From Minutocellus sp. GHC0000111 (Eukaryota), in NCBI GenBank assembly GCA_977018835.1, contig OZ361258.1, positions 2,232,001-2,296,000 of the forward strand: DNA of 64,000 nt, written 5' to 3'. Below are positions 34,504 to 46,664 of the stretch, in pieces (the first letter of the stretch is position 1; each line of letters begins with the position of its first letter). The notes beneath the pieces are model-generated. The model did not search any database and was not told the origin of the DNA. It was given only the letters and a program-made list of their open reading frames with translations. The translations under genes and the position numbers were made by a program.

Positions 34504-36375
34504 ATGGACAGTGTTGACAGCGCCGGTGCCAATAAGCGTGCAAAGAGCGATGGCAGTCCGATGGAGACTCTTGTCGGAAAGCTTTTGCATGGCATGCGAT
34601 ACAGGAAGAAGGATGGACATCTTCGAAAGGAGGCGAATCGAGCAACCAAAGGCAAGAAGGGATTGAACGACGAGGAGAAGAGCATGCTTTTTGCCCAGGG
34701 ATTGCTTCTGGAAGTGCATTTGAAGAGCACCGGAGGGACGCAGCACTCAAGTAGGAACAGTTCATCGCAGAAGTTTCAGTCGGATGGGAGGGTCACTATT
34801 CGTGAGCTCTGCAGAGCGTGGGGGAAGGGTAAGAATGGGCTGCGAGACATCCAGAACGAGTCTCGGAAGAATGCCATTGCCCGGGGCATGCCAGCAGATC
34901 AGGCCGAGCTTGCATTTGTCACCCCCGCTCCCAAGGATTCGTCGGTTCGGCCAAAGTCTACCATTGACAATTACAAGACGGCTGAGCAGTACTTTACTGC
35001 TAAGCGCCTGTATGCAATCAATAAGTGCAGAGAGGCAAAGGAAGACTGCTATGATTCTGTGTCGAAGGAGGCTGACAATGAGTTGCTCAAAACGTACCTG
35101 ACCGAGTGCGACACCATCAGCGACGATGACAAGCAGCTGTGGGAGCTGAAGAGGCGGGAGCACTTGACAAGGCAGCCGTACATACAGAACGACATTGTTG
35201 CGGTCCTTTCCAGCAATCCTCAGCGATCGTTCCGTGGTTTGGAGCAGGACATTGGTCTGTGGTGCTCGCACAAGACGATTGAGCGGTGGCTCAAGTCATT
35301 CGACACCTTCACTTTCTACAAGGAGCGGCTGGTACCGCGCCTGTCGGAGGCTCAAAAAGCTAAGCATCTGGCCTTTGCTCAGCTCGTGCGGAATTTCTGG
35401 AACATTCGGGATGAGAACGGCAATTTACCGAATGGAAAGAAGCGAGTTCTCCTCGTGCATTACGATGAGAAATGGTTCTGGGGTCTCGTCCTCCGAGCTT
35501 TTGCGAAGGCTTGCGAGGAAATCGGCGTGAAAAAGCGAGATTACGCGGCCTTTCACAGGAGCCACATCAACAAGGTCATGGCCATTGCATTTGTTGCCGC
35601 TGTCTTTGACGGTTCTCTTGAGAATGGGTGCGAGGTTGTAAAACTGCCACTGGTACGAGCTCAAGCTCCTAAAATAGCGGAGCGAGCTCAGTACGAAGCA
35701 GTAACACAGCCTGATGGTTCAATACGGTACCCAAATACCAACCCCGATGGGACACCAAAGGAACCTCTTCGCCGGAAAGGAGAGTCGTTTCTTGTTGATT
35801 GTTGCGTTACTGGATCGAACGAAGGCACCAAAAAGGATCCGAAATGCTCTTTGCTCCTCGTGTTCAAGGAGACTGTTTTCCCAGCGATTCTCAACCTTGT
35901 CGGTCCGGGCAAGCAATACGAAGATTGCCATGTTATTATCCAGGGCGACCAGGCCGGGCCTCACGAGGACGGAACCTTCACGCAATTTGTTACTAACTTC
36001 TGTGCTGAGCAAGGCTGGACGTGGCAGCCACAGGCACCGCAGATGCCTCACGCCAACGTCCTTGACTTGAGCGTGTTCCCCGCGATGAGCCGGCGGCACT
36101 CGGAATGGGCACGAAAAATGGTAGGCACCTCCGTCATTTCCACCGACCAGATCTGGGACACTGCCGAGGACGTTTACGATAGCATGCCTAACTGCAAAAT
36201 TGCTTCGGCCTTCATTCAGTACTGGAGGATAATGGGCCTGGTGATTAAGGCCGGTGGTAGCAATGAGTTTGTTGGAAGGTTGGGTGACGAAAACTTGCAC
36301 ACTGGAATTAGGATCGACTTCAACGAAACGGCCAAGGGGATGGAGCCCTCAGCTCGTCATCCTTCTAATAAATAG
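34504..36375 (+). CDS. IS630/Tc1/mariner-superfamily transposase (DD38D)
   Basis: VHYDEKWF, IIQGDQAGPH and QAPQMPHANVLDLSVF correspond to the plant/stramenopile mariner DEKWF / QQDNARPH / QPPNSPDxNxLDL motifs; upstream HTH-like SFRGLEQDIG..SHKTIERWLK; intronless. Confidence 0.85.
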   Translation: MDSVDSAGANKRAKSDGSPMETLVGKLLHGMRYRKKDGHLRKEANRATKGKKGLNDEEKSMLFAQGLLLEVHLKSTGGTQHSSRNSSSQKFQSDGRVTIRELCRAWGKGKNGLRDIQNESRKNAIARGMPADQAELAFVTPAPKDSSVRPKSTIDNYKTAEQYFTAKRLYAINKCREAKEDCYDSVSKEADNELLKTYLTECDTISDDDKQLWELKRREHLTRQPYIQNDIVAVLSSNPQRSFRGLEQDIGLWCSHKTIERWLKSFDTFTFYKERLVPRLSEAQKAKHLAFAQLVRNFWNIRDENGNLPNGKKRVLLVHYDEKWFWGLVLRAFAKACEEIGVKKRDYAAFHRSHINKVMAIAFVAAVFDGSLENGCEVVKLPLVRAQAPKIAERAQYEAVTQPDGSIRYPNTNPDGTPKEPLRRKGESFLVDCCVTGSNEGTKKDPKCSLLLVFKETVFPAILNLVGPGKQYEDCHVIIQGDQAGPHEDGTFTQFVTNFCAEQGWTWQPQAPQMPHANVLDLSVFPAMSRRHSEWARKMVGTSVISTDQIWDTAEDVYDSMPNCKIASAFIQYWRIMGLVIKAGGSNEFVGRLGDENLHTGIRIDFNETAKGMEPSARHPSNK

Positions 36376-36470
36376 ATAGTATTAATATCTTTACACATGT
36401 ATTAAATAAATGTTACACGTCTACAAATTATTTTTAGATCTACATGTAAGATGCAGCAGCATTGGTTTGT

Positions 36471-37611
36471 TTATATCACGGTGGGCTTCTTTGTTCTTCT
36501 ATTTCTACCGGTATTCTTTTTTGCCTCCTTGGCCTTCTTATGATCATCAGAAAGCCACACAGCGTGGAGGGACTGACGAATCTTTCCGCGCTTCACACCA
36601 TATGCATAGGCAAGTTTATTGTCAGTGAGGGCAGGGTGAGCAGTTGGTTGTTTACTCCCATCCTCATATCCCAACTTATATGCATCTAATGCAATCTTGT
36701 CAGTAGATAATGCAATAGAGAATTCTATTGTCTTGTTATCATACAATCCGAGTTCTCTGCTTCTCCACCCTTTCGGGTAGGCACCACGACCCTCTCTTAC
36801 TTGGCGATCGACTTCGATCATGCCTAGCACTGTGGTGACCGCGACCTCGCTACCCCAACCAGGAACTTGTTTGAAGGGGAGGTAGACCCCTTTCTCTTTT
36901 CTTCTTGGTTCGGGCCTCTGACTACATGTGGGTGACTTGTAGTTCTTTATATCTTGTGGTAGTGGTGCTTCTCCGTACGTCAAAAAGCACGCAAGCCTCC
37001 GATGTTCCTCAACCTCTCGTTCAATCTGTCGTTCGGTTGGTTCGGTTGGAGGCAAGGGCTCCAAGATGGTAGGGGATGACAATTGAAGGTTGCTGAACGA
37101 CGGGCATGAGCGGCTTGGGGTAAGAGCATACTGAGTATGAACTAACTGACATTGGACTTGTTACCATGGGCGTGGCGGAGGGAAGGTCGAGTGAGCTCAC
37201 GGGCTTTCTCCTCTCGCCGCTTGGCTTGGCGTCGGCGGTTGCTATGCTCATCTCTGAGAATGAATCATCTTCATCAGAATGAGATGAAACGGTAGCGGTA
37301 CCGCGAAAGTCGGCACGCAATATGTCATGATGCAAGTACTTCCTTGCTTGGGCTTGTTCGGCGGCGAAGCCATCCTCTTCGTTGTACTCGCGTCGATATT
37401 TCAACACACGAGGAGATGTGAGGTCTGACGATGCCGGTGGGACCCCTTGGTTGTCCTCCTCGTCATCGTGGTCCTTGTTCTCTCGATACCGCGGATGTTC
37501 CGGCGTTTCGTTGGAAGTTTCCTTCTCATGGCGCGAGGGGCTGAATGCAGTCGCCTCGGCGCGTTTCGGTGGACGCGGTGGACTGAAGATGTGTCCCTTT
37601 GGAGTATCCAT
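36471..37611 (-). CDS. Hypothetical transposon-associated protein (ORF2), split by a frameshift or a short intron near 37093-37150
   Basis: Overlapping ORFs 37021-37767 and 36471-37082. A possible 58-nt GTCAGT..CAG intron (37150-37093) would join them. Confidence 0.5.
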
Positions 37612-37872
37612 GAGTATGGAAGCTTCTTGAAGCGCCAGTCGGCAGAAGTTGCCCAGTCTATTTGTGGTAATTGCTTGGAGGTCGGTTGTTGACGGGTGTG
37701 TTTTGATTTGCTTGCTTTGCCGCGTGTTTTTCAAGGTGCGCGCAAACCGCCGTGTCGGAAAGTCCAAAGACCCAAAAACCCGGGTCCCCGAAATTGCTGT
37801 CCCGGACCTCGTAAGAAAAACAAACTTTCCAAACCATCATACCAATGTCCTAATTATTGTTTAAAAATGAGG

Positions 37873-37935
37873 TCGGTGTTGGAAGCAAGATTTTTTCGGT
37901 GGTTCGGCAGTTCGGTGTTGGAAGCAAGGTTTTTT
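37873..37935 (+). repeat. Direct repeat TCGGTGTTGGAAGCAAG(A/G)TTTTTT x2, period 39 (subterminal-type repeat)
   Basis: Copies at 37873 and 37912. Confidence 0.85.
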
Positions 37936-38204
37936 GTTTTTGTTTTTTGAATATTATATACCGTAGACGTTGCGACCAATCTCTGACTCTCTAAAATCAA
38001 ACAACACCGGTCGTACCAGTCGCGTGGTACTTTACATCGATCTCTCTCCCACTGAAGCTGCCTCCGTCCTTTCTCCACACATCAAAAATCAACCCATTCT
38101 TTTGATCTGCAAAAAGGTGAAAAAGGGTCGAGAAAGGTGAGAAATCTTAAGCATTGACAGGCAAGTAACTGAATTGGCACGAAATACCAATAATATGTAG
38201 CTTG

Positions 38205-40530
38205 TCACTCACATGCGACATACAAATGCCTGTGGTCGGGGCTGAAGGCCAAGCCAGTACTCTCTTCGTGGTACACGTGGCTCTCCAGAATGGTGAAATA
38301 TCTTCCATGAATATCTCGAGCATGTACACCTGCCGCACTATCACCTTGCGACTCGTCCCCTAAGCCCTCTTCAGTGAAGTAAACAAGCTCTTCGTCTCCG
38401 ATGATCCCAACGAGCTGGTCTGGGCTACCACCGAATAGTCCGCTCTTGGTGCTGCTCTTCTTCCAAGTTTTATCATTTAAATTCAGCTCAAACAATTCAT
38501 GCTGCTTCTTGGAAACAAAATAGAGGACATTGCCAATAACGGAGATGCCTTCGGTATTTCGAAAGTAAAGCTCAGCGTTCCGCTTCCCCGCGTTGAAATT
38601 TGTGGTCCATGTATAAGAGCCCTGATCGGTAACGGAATAATTTAATGGTTGGAGCACCAGGAACTCCATTGTTCCCGCCGAATGAAGCATTTTCTCTGGA
38701 TTGATCCAATTGGCTATTGAAGGGGTGAAGCGCCGCAATGCACCATCACGATAATCTTCTGTAACAAAGAATCGAGGCGAGTCTCGATCTCTAACGTCAG
38801 AAGCAAACGACTCAAAGGAGCCGCCCTTCTTTCCTCCAAGGACGGTCCGGCGATCGTCCAAATTTCCCGGCGATCGTCCAAATGGATCAACTTCGAATAT
38901 CGCTCCGTTTCTTGTTCCGTCCTTCTCTTCACAACTTATCCACGTTCCCCAAGCGGTTTTCCCGCCTCCACAATTCTTCGAGGTGCCTTCCAAAACACGC
39001 CTATACTTGACCACATTCCCTTTCTGATCAAAAAATATCGAACCAACCCCGCCTTTTTCATCTCCAACCTCCTCAGCCCAAGTGCTTGTGACTTTCTGGT
39101 ATTTCAAAAACATCCGCCGCATCTGGTCTGTCATGGAATAACTCATCCGACGTCGCATTGCGATTCATATACTGCACTGGCTCGCCTGATCTGGCTATGA
39201 TTCTCACATCGAGGCCGGTTGATAAGAGCAGGCCCTCTTTCGATACGGTGAGCTCACCGGGAACGTAGGTCATGTCATCTGCAAGATTTGTTTCACCATT
39301 TGCTTCCAACGCTTCAGAAGGATTTGACGGCAAAGAAGAAGTTGGCGAGCTGGTAGGTGAACCCGTGGCGCATGTCAATGGACAGCCCCCCCCCTGGGAG
39401 TTCGTAGCTGTTCGTAACGGCAAACGTGCATTTGGAATCTGTCCCTCCGTAGGCGACGGGATCTGTTTGCTCGCCCAGATGAGTGTAGGCACGGAGCTGC
39501 CACGTCATTTCTTCCATATTTCCGTGAGGCGCATCGGACACAGCGACGCCATTATCATTTTCGACGATGACGGAATAACACTTGTAGGTTCGTAGGCAGA
39601 ATTCGTGCTGTCTGGACTCATCTTGGCCTTGATGGAACGCCAAATCTGCCACTCTACTTTGGAAGGCAACCTCATAGCGGTCTCCTACACGGATTACATC
39701 GACTGCACGGAGCGTCTGGATCTTAATGGTGGTCCCGTCCATCCCTGACCTAGAGCGATGGTTACTTTCGTCATGCGTCGTGATATCAAGGGAAAAGCGT
39801 GCAAACCCCGCAGGACAAGTACCTTTCTCGGTTTCGTCATTTGTCGTTTGGAAATTTTACATTGCCACATTACTTGTGGGCGATGCTGATGGACGCTGGG
39901 TAATCATCATCGACGGAGACTGCACCGGTGATGAGTCCGTTGTGCTTGGATGTGCTTCTTCCTCAGCTTGTTGATTAGCACCAGTTGAAGCGCCCGCATT
40001 TCCTTGTGATCCCACCGAAACAGAAAATGCGCAGCCACACCCTTCCTTTGCACGGCAACAAGCGCCACGAAGCCGGCACTGCCGGCAATGGTGAGGACGA
40101 TGGACACGAGAAGACACACGTTGCGTCGTCGACGACGATGTTGTCTCCTCGTGTTGCATCCACAGATAATGTGGTCATCTCGCAAGTTTACATCGTCGTA
40201 CGCACCGCCGCCGCAACTGTTGCCGCCGCCGAGACCATCATCGTAGTCGTCGTCATACCACAGGCCGGTGAGGTTACCGCATATACTCGTCGTGTCGCCA
40301 GAGTTACAATTGGTCGACGCTGACGATCCTGCTAGTTTTGTTGACGAGTGGTATGTTCGCTTGGAATGCCTCGGATCACGACGAGTACTTCCTCCGAAGG
40401 GATTGAGAAAATCGTCTTCTTCTTCGTACTCCTCGCGTGGTGCTAAGTTAGTTTGGGACGAATCGTCATCGCCGCCGCCGAAGCCAAAGAGAGACGAGGG
40501 GCTAATGTTCTCCAGCCACTTCTTGCCCAT
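38205..40530 (-). pseudogene. PhoX (DUF839)-like alkaline phosphatase with N-terminal TM anchor; multiply disrupted
   Basis: GLLLSTGLDVRIIARSG, FHDRPDAA, NCGGGKTAWGTWISCEE, ESTGLAFSPD..LYVA. Frameshifts near 40040, 39390 and 39075; in-frame TAA at 39857-39859; last exon missing after the GTGAGT donor at ~38211. Confidence 0.8.
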
Positions 40531-40758
40531 CTTGATAACTGCATGAGTTTTTCATTCTATCAGGGTATTGCATCTCGCCTTTGATGGCGGCGCGCAGCGA
40601 TTTTGGCAAGGGTCCTGCAAGCTCGGTTCGCATGCTTGGGTTCGCAGTATTTCCGGGTGTTTCTTTTTTCGGAGCCGCCATCGCCAGCTCAGCTTGCCTG
40701 CTCTCTCGCAGTCATCTCGATCTCGATCTCGCATCGTCATTATTTTTTATTATCCAGC

Positions 40759-42425
40759 ATGGGGCAATCGCCGCTGTTCCTCCTGCGCCTCGGCGCTACG
40801 GTAGCCGTTCTTCTGGGAAGATATGGCGTTGACTCGTTTTCCGGCACTGGTACCAATTTCGCTCAACTCGCTTCGACGACACATGATGCGAGTTTATCAT
40901 CAGCTGCAATAAGTCGTGCTGCGACCGCACAGAATGACGAAACCGCATCATCATCAGTATCATCAACATTCGCCGTGGCGACATCGGAATTGGACGATGA
41001 CCTTTCCGAGGAAGAGAAGACCATCATCAACGTATATCGTGCGGTGGGTCCCTCGGTGGCCTTTGTTGCCAGTTTTCGGAATCGGCAGGTTGCTGCTGCT
41101 GGTGGTAGTGGTAGTTCGAATGCCAATCGACGAGGACGAAGAAGAAGAAGGAGCACAGATGAACCAAAGAGCCAAAAGGACCAAAAGAACATCAAGCCAG
41201 ACGGTACATCGTTGGGTTCGGGATCGGGATTTGTCGTATCCGAAGACGGTTACATCGTATCCAACTACCACGTTATAGAACGTGCGTACCAACTGAGCAC
41301 GGCCGTTGGCAAGTACAATTCCCAGATCGATCAGCTCGTGGGGAATTTTACGGCATCGTTCGGCAGATCTAACCCACTTGTATCGGCATTGGAGAACCGA
41401 ACCAAACGTGCCCTCAAGGTGGAAGAACAGCCTGATGATAAACCCAGGCTTCAGTGTATGTGAGGATCAATTCCAGTACAAAATATCAGCTTTGTCGCGT
41501 TGTTGATGTGAGACCAGATTTGGACGTGGCCGTTCTCAAAGTAGAGTTGTCAGAAGGGGAGAGCCTGACGTCTGTGCCGTGGGGGTCTTCATCGAAATTG
41601 TTGGTGAGTGGTATACGGCACCGAATATGTTAAAGGCCGCGATGAAATGTTTGCGTGAACATATGCATCTAAGCATTCTCACACGCATTATTCATTCATA
41701 TCTATCTCTTCTCCAAAAAGGTGGGACAACGGGTGGTAGCAATCGGGAACCCTTTCGGGTTAGACCAATCTGTTTCGGCGGGGGTCGTTAGCTCTCTCAA
41801 CAGAGAAATGCAAAGCATCGGTGGTGCCAAAATTCAGAACTGCATCCAGACGGACGCGGCGATTAATCCTGGAAACAGCGGTGGGCCGCTGCTGAATAGC
41901 AAGGGCCAATTGATCGGCATAAACACCGCCATCATAACGACATCTGGTTCATCGGCTGGGATCGGCTTCGCAGTCCCTTCTGATAAAGTGAGGGATGTCA
42001 TCGAAGACATTATTTCCAACGACAGAATTGCCAACAATCCCGGACGTGCGGCTCCAGGGTGGCTTGGTGCCGATCTTGCGAGTCCGGCACTATCTGCAAC
42101 GCTGATCCAAAAGTACTTTCCAGATGTTAATGCAAAAGATGCCGGTGTGTTCATTTCTCAAGTTCAGGAAGGATCGCCGGCGGCTCTGGCCGGACTCAGG
42201 CCTCTCACGATGAACTCTAGTGGATCCGTCGTGGTTGGTGATCGAATCAAAGCCATCGGTGGTAGAGAAGTCTCAAGTCGCGATGATCTTAAAGAGGATA
42301 TGAAGAAACGAATCGTTGGAGAAGAGGTTGCCCTGACCGTTGTCGATGGTGCCGGTCAGGATCGAGTTGTCTATGTAAAACTTGCATCAAGGCAGAACAA
42401 GGCAACTAGCGGGGGTAGTGAATAA
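40759..42425 (+). pseudogene. DegP/HtrA serine protease with PDZ domain; 1-nt frameshift at ~41447 (intron 41604-41720)
   Basis: [36 protein letters not shown] and a PDZ domain. The frame changes between DDKPR and ASVYVRINSS. Confidence 0.8.
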
Positions 42426-42655
42426 GTAAGTTAGGTAATGAATGTATTTCGAGGGCATGGAGTCAGATGCATATGTTTAAAACTGAATATATATTACAAA
42501 TCAGCAAAGAATGCCGCTAGTAGGCGAGTTCAAGTTTAGATCACATAGAGTCTATGTAGAGAAAGTGTTGTTGTTCTGCAGCCATGTTACTTTATCTGCT
42601 TGCGCAGACGGAATGGTGGAGTTGTGAGGCAGATCCCTGAGCTACGTAGCTTTGG

Positions 42656-45600
42656 TCACAGGTGCTCCATCTTGGTTCTGCTGCTTGCATCAATTTCAAC
42701 GACATCGTCGTAGCACTTGCGTTCTTTGGGGCCTCGCCAGACAATACCCAGTTTGGCAAAGATCTCTTCCTCGCTATCGGCGTGGATTCGCCCAGCACGA
42801 TATTGCCTTCGTTCGGTGTGCTTCTTCTTCCTGTCAACGTCGTGGAGCGGGAAAAGACCATGATCAGATAATCCCAGGTTTCTTCGTTGCATTGCAAACG
42901 ACCTCAGGCTTCTATTGAATGCAGTATTTCCTGTGAAGTAGAGGGATGCCTAGAGAAAAGAAAGCCAGAGGGCGTTGGAAAGGCAAAACGAGGCGGTCAG
43001 GTGACTTGCTGAATGCTCAAAGACTCAACGAACGAACATACATTGTACTCACATAGGCACGATCCTGGTAGGGATAACACTTCAGATCCACCCGACGGAC
43101 TTTTTTTTTATATACCGGAGAGTGAAAAATGCTCATGTAGGAGTAAGCACTGTCCATTTCCTTTTCCTTACCCTCTTCTTGAGCCATCAAGGTTTCTTGC
43201 TTCTTCTTCGTGCTGATGGTTTGCTTTTTGGTAGACTCAGCATTCCCTCCACGGTGTTGAGGTGATGAGCGATCTAAAATGGTTGAGGCGATAATTGTTG
43301 AGGAAGATGAAAGGTAAGAGTTGGAGAAGATATTTATTGCCATGTGATCAAACAAAAAGGGGAAATGGCGCATACGTACATGACCCCGCTCTTCAAGTTT
43401 GTTGATGATGGCCCCAAGACCGCCTTTCGGTAAGCGGTCTACAAATTTTGGATGAACGAGTAATAAATCAGCGTCGCCACATCTCTCATCACCCCGGCGA
43501 TCACTCCCTTGATTCGTAATGACAACATCCTCGAGCCCAGGGATGCTGCGGCAGACGTTTAGCACAACAGCTGTAATGGCATCAACTTCAGATCGCTCCA
43601 TCTTTTCCTTGAGATCATCGTAGTAACGGACACCAAGAAGAGCATTCTTAGACAGCTCAATCCTCCCAGAATCGAGGCTTTTCCTCACTTGGTCGATATT
43701 GGTGATACCATCCCTGGCAAGCTCGTGTGCTTTCTTCTTACCGACGCCCCAAATTTCAGTGAGATTCTTTACTGCAACTCGCAATGGGTCCTGTTTGAAG
43801 GACGTGATTTTGTCACAGGTCTTGGTCATTAAATATTCTCTGACCTTTTTCATCACGCTATTTCCGAAACCATCAATCTCCTCGAGACGGCCGACACTTG
43901 CTAACGTTATCTCGAAGCGCCACGCGAGCTTGGCATATAGCTTGCCTTTGAAATTATCCAACTCCTCCACCGGACTATCTGCATGTAGCTTGGACACTTC
44001 GAGGAACATGTTGAAGAGTCCAATGTTGTGGTATTGGCGTGCAGCAACCTTTTTTCGTTTGAGCATCCTTGCGGCAGGATCACCATCGTCCAAAGAAGAC
44101 AGCGCCACCCTCTTGACTGATCCAAAGTCCTCGTCACTCTTTTCAGCCACCGAATCTCTGGATGACACGCTAGTATCATCTGGTTGGGCCGTTGGTTGGT
44201 ACGAGAGCATCATTGATTCGTCAAAGGCACTCTTTTTGTTGGCCTCCTCGTCGTAATTCGATTTTTCCGCACGGTGCTCCTTTTTCGATTTAGATTTGGC
44301 ATGTTTTAGCCCCGGCCAAATGAAATTCATCGCTGGAGGCGACCGCAGCTCAGACGCATCTGTGTCAAATACCCACTTGGGAGTGACGATGTTCAATTTT
44401 CGTCGTTTCACCACCTTCGCCATACCCTTTTCATCGACGAAACCTAGCGCTTCAGCTGCTTGGGATGCTAGTAAACTTTCATCAATTACCACATGGGTGA
44501 CACCGACCGACTTGCGGAATGAGTCGACAATCTCAACGGACGGATCTTTCTTCCTCAGATTCTCTGCTAGCTTTTCGACACGATGATGAGACATCTTGCG
44601 CCCAATGGCAAGGAAATATACAACCAGAGGAGGACGGGCAATGCCTGTATCCTTGTCGCTGGCTGGCTTGGCCACTGCGACATCGCTGGGCGATTCATCA
44701 AGCTCCAAGATCTCGATTTCCTTTTTCTTCTTCGAAGATGCCCCTACGAGTCCCTTTTCGTCATCGGTGAGGTCGATAGCATCGCTCTTTTTGCTCTCCA
44801 CTTTCTTTCTCTTCGGCTTCGAGATGGTAGGGAGCAGGAGCATTGGTTCGTCTCCTTCGTCGTCACCATCTTCTTCATCGGAGTAGCTACTTGTATCCTT
44901 CGCTGGTTTTCCCACCAGCACAATGGTTGCAATATCTTTCTCGGGGATACTGTGGTTCTCACCCTCAATTTGAGCATCGATGATATTTCCGGCATCACCG
45001 CTGGCATCATCGCAGCCTTTCTTCATGGCAGCATCTAAGTCGGCGGTCTCGATAGGTGGCGCCGGAAGTCCATCGCTTGACTTTGACTGTGCACCACCGG
45101 AAGACGCATGCTCGCCCCCGCCATGGCCCGTCTCTACCGCATCGAAGCGCACCGATCGGTCCCTGTCGATGGCATTTCCCGCTTCGATCGTAACGTCGAT
45201 ATTCTGTAGCACAAACGCCAACCTGCCAATGACAGGAACGGCACCCTCGGCATTGGGGGCGGAGGGCGAGCATTCAATGCTCAGGACGGACCCGGCCATC
45301 AAATCGGCGTTGCCCACCCACCCACCATCGTCGTCGCCATCCTTACACGATGCCATGAAGTCCCTGTGATGCTGGCTGTCCTCGTCAAAGATGGGGATGC
45401 CGTCCACCCGCACCATGGCCGCATTGGACCCCCTCACGGCAAGGTTGAACCGCGTCTTGCGGCATTGGTGGTGACCGTCGCCACCGCCCCCGCCATCGTT
45501 GCTGATGGGGGTGAGCTGGATCATTTCCCGCGACAGATACGTGGTTCCCCACCTTTCGATCTTCTTGCAGGTTGCGCATAGGGGCAGCCGTTCCGACTTG

Positions 45601-46352
45601 CCATGGGCCGGCACGTGCTTGCGCTTGGTCTTGAGGGCGGCACCAGCATTGGCGCTGGCGCTTGTGCTGGTTCCCATCTTGGTGCTCTCGGCATTGTTCG
45701 TCTCGTGCTGGCTCCCTTCCTTCCTATTCTCATCTTGATTGTTGTTGAGACAACCGCATCCGTAGAATCGGGCCATGAGCAGGTCCTTCCGCCCCACCGA
45801 GATGTATTCGTAGCAGTCGGTCGATGTCGGGTTGCCCGTGGTCGGATCCTCCGTCCACAGCGGTATGATGGGCATGTCGTCCTGCCGATCGTACACCGTT
45901 GACGTACGAGTAGAAGCAGCACCCCCATCGACGCCGCTGTCGTCCACATCTGCACCGAGACGAGGCCGATTGCGGTACACCGGCCGCTCGAAGTCGACGG
46001 GATGATCCCCGTCGCCATCGGTCGCATGTGCCGATCTTAGATAAGATACCGCCGACGAGCGCGTCAGAACCAACGCCGGCGCTTGCACGGTATACTCGTA
46101 GGTGTGGCCCTTGGCGGGTGCATGCTTCTTTTCGTCGTGGAGTTTGGTAGGCGGTGTAAAGCGCGAGGGTGGAGATGTTTCGTCTCCAGCGGAAGACCGT
46201 TCGGGGGAGGAATCCACCACGAAGCTTCCTCCCAATCGCATGGCGGATCGCAACCCAGAATCATTGGCATTGGCAACAACATCGGCGCGGGTTCCGCCTC
46301 CTCGGAGTGCCGCATTATTGCTCTCGATCTCATTCCCCGAGAGGGAGCTCAT
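42656..46352 (-). pseudogene. Family X DNA polymerase (Pol lambda-like) with BRCT domain and long N-terminal extension; apparent frameshift near 43240 (introns 43274-43379, 42950-43052)
   Basis: BRCT-like VTHVVID..IVTPKW, HhH IWGVG, GSDRRG..GDADLL, RRVDLK, YFTG..FNRSLR, SEEEIF..LG..W..PKER. Confidence 0.8.
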
Positions 46353-46664
46353 CGTGGCAACAAACGCACGCAGGAAATCTCCTCGAATTGACCAAGCAGT
46401 CACCGCGTTACCTCCGCTTCTGCTCAGCTCTCAGCTCAAGAGATATGCATTGCCGTACATGTATCTTATCTTCCTCGCAATCGGCCATCGCATCCGGCGG
46501 AATACTTTTCGTCTGTCCTGCCACCCAGTTTACGTCATGTAAACGCAATGGAAACCACATTTTGGCGTACGTAAACGATACGAGCACCTGTAGGAATTCC
46601 TCTAGCTAGCTAGAGGAGTGCATGCGTTGAAGAAGAAATCTCTGTTCATTTCTTGCGGACCAAC

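Larger units (their letters stand above)
34500..38148 (+). mobile_element. Tc1/mariner-like DNA transposon, probably left-end truncated, carrying a second convergent gene
   Basis: Transposase, convergent ORF2, repeat-rich non-coding right flank ending ...GAAATCTTAA, and broken host genes on both sides. No matching left TIR was found, so boundaries are approximate. Confidence 0.6.

Noticed and set aside
37873..37935. CRISPR-like repeat-spacer
   Set aside because: Only two copies, eukaryotic context and no cas genes.
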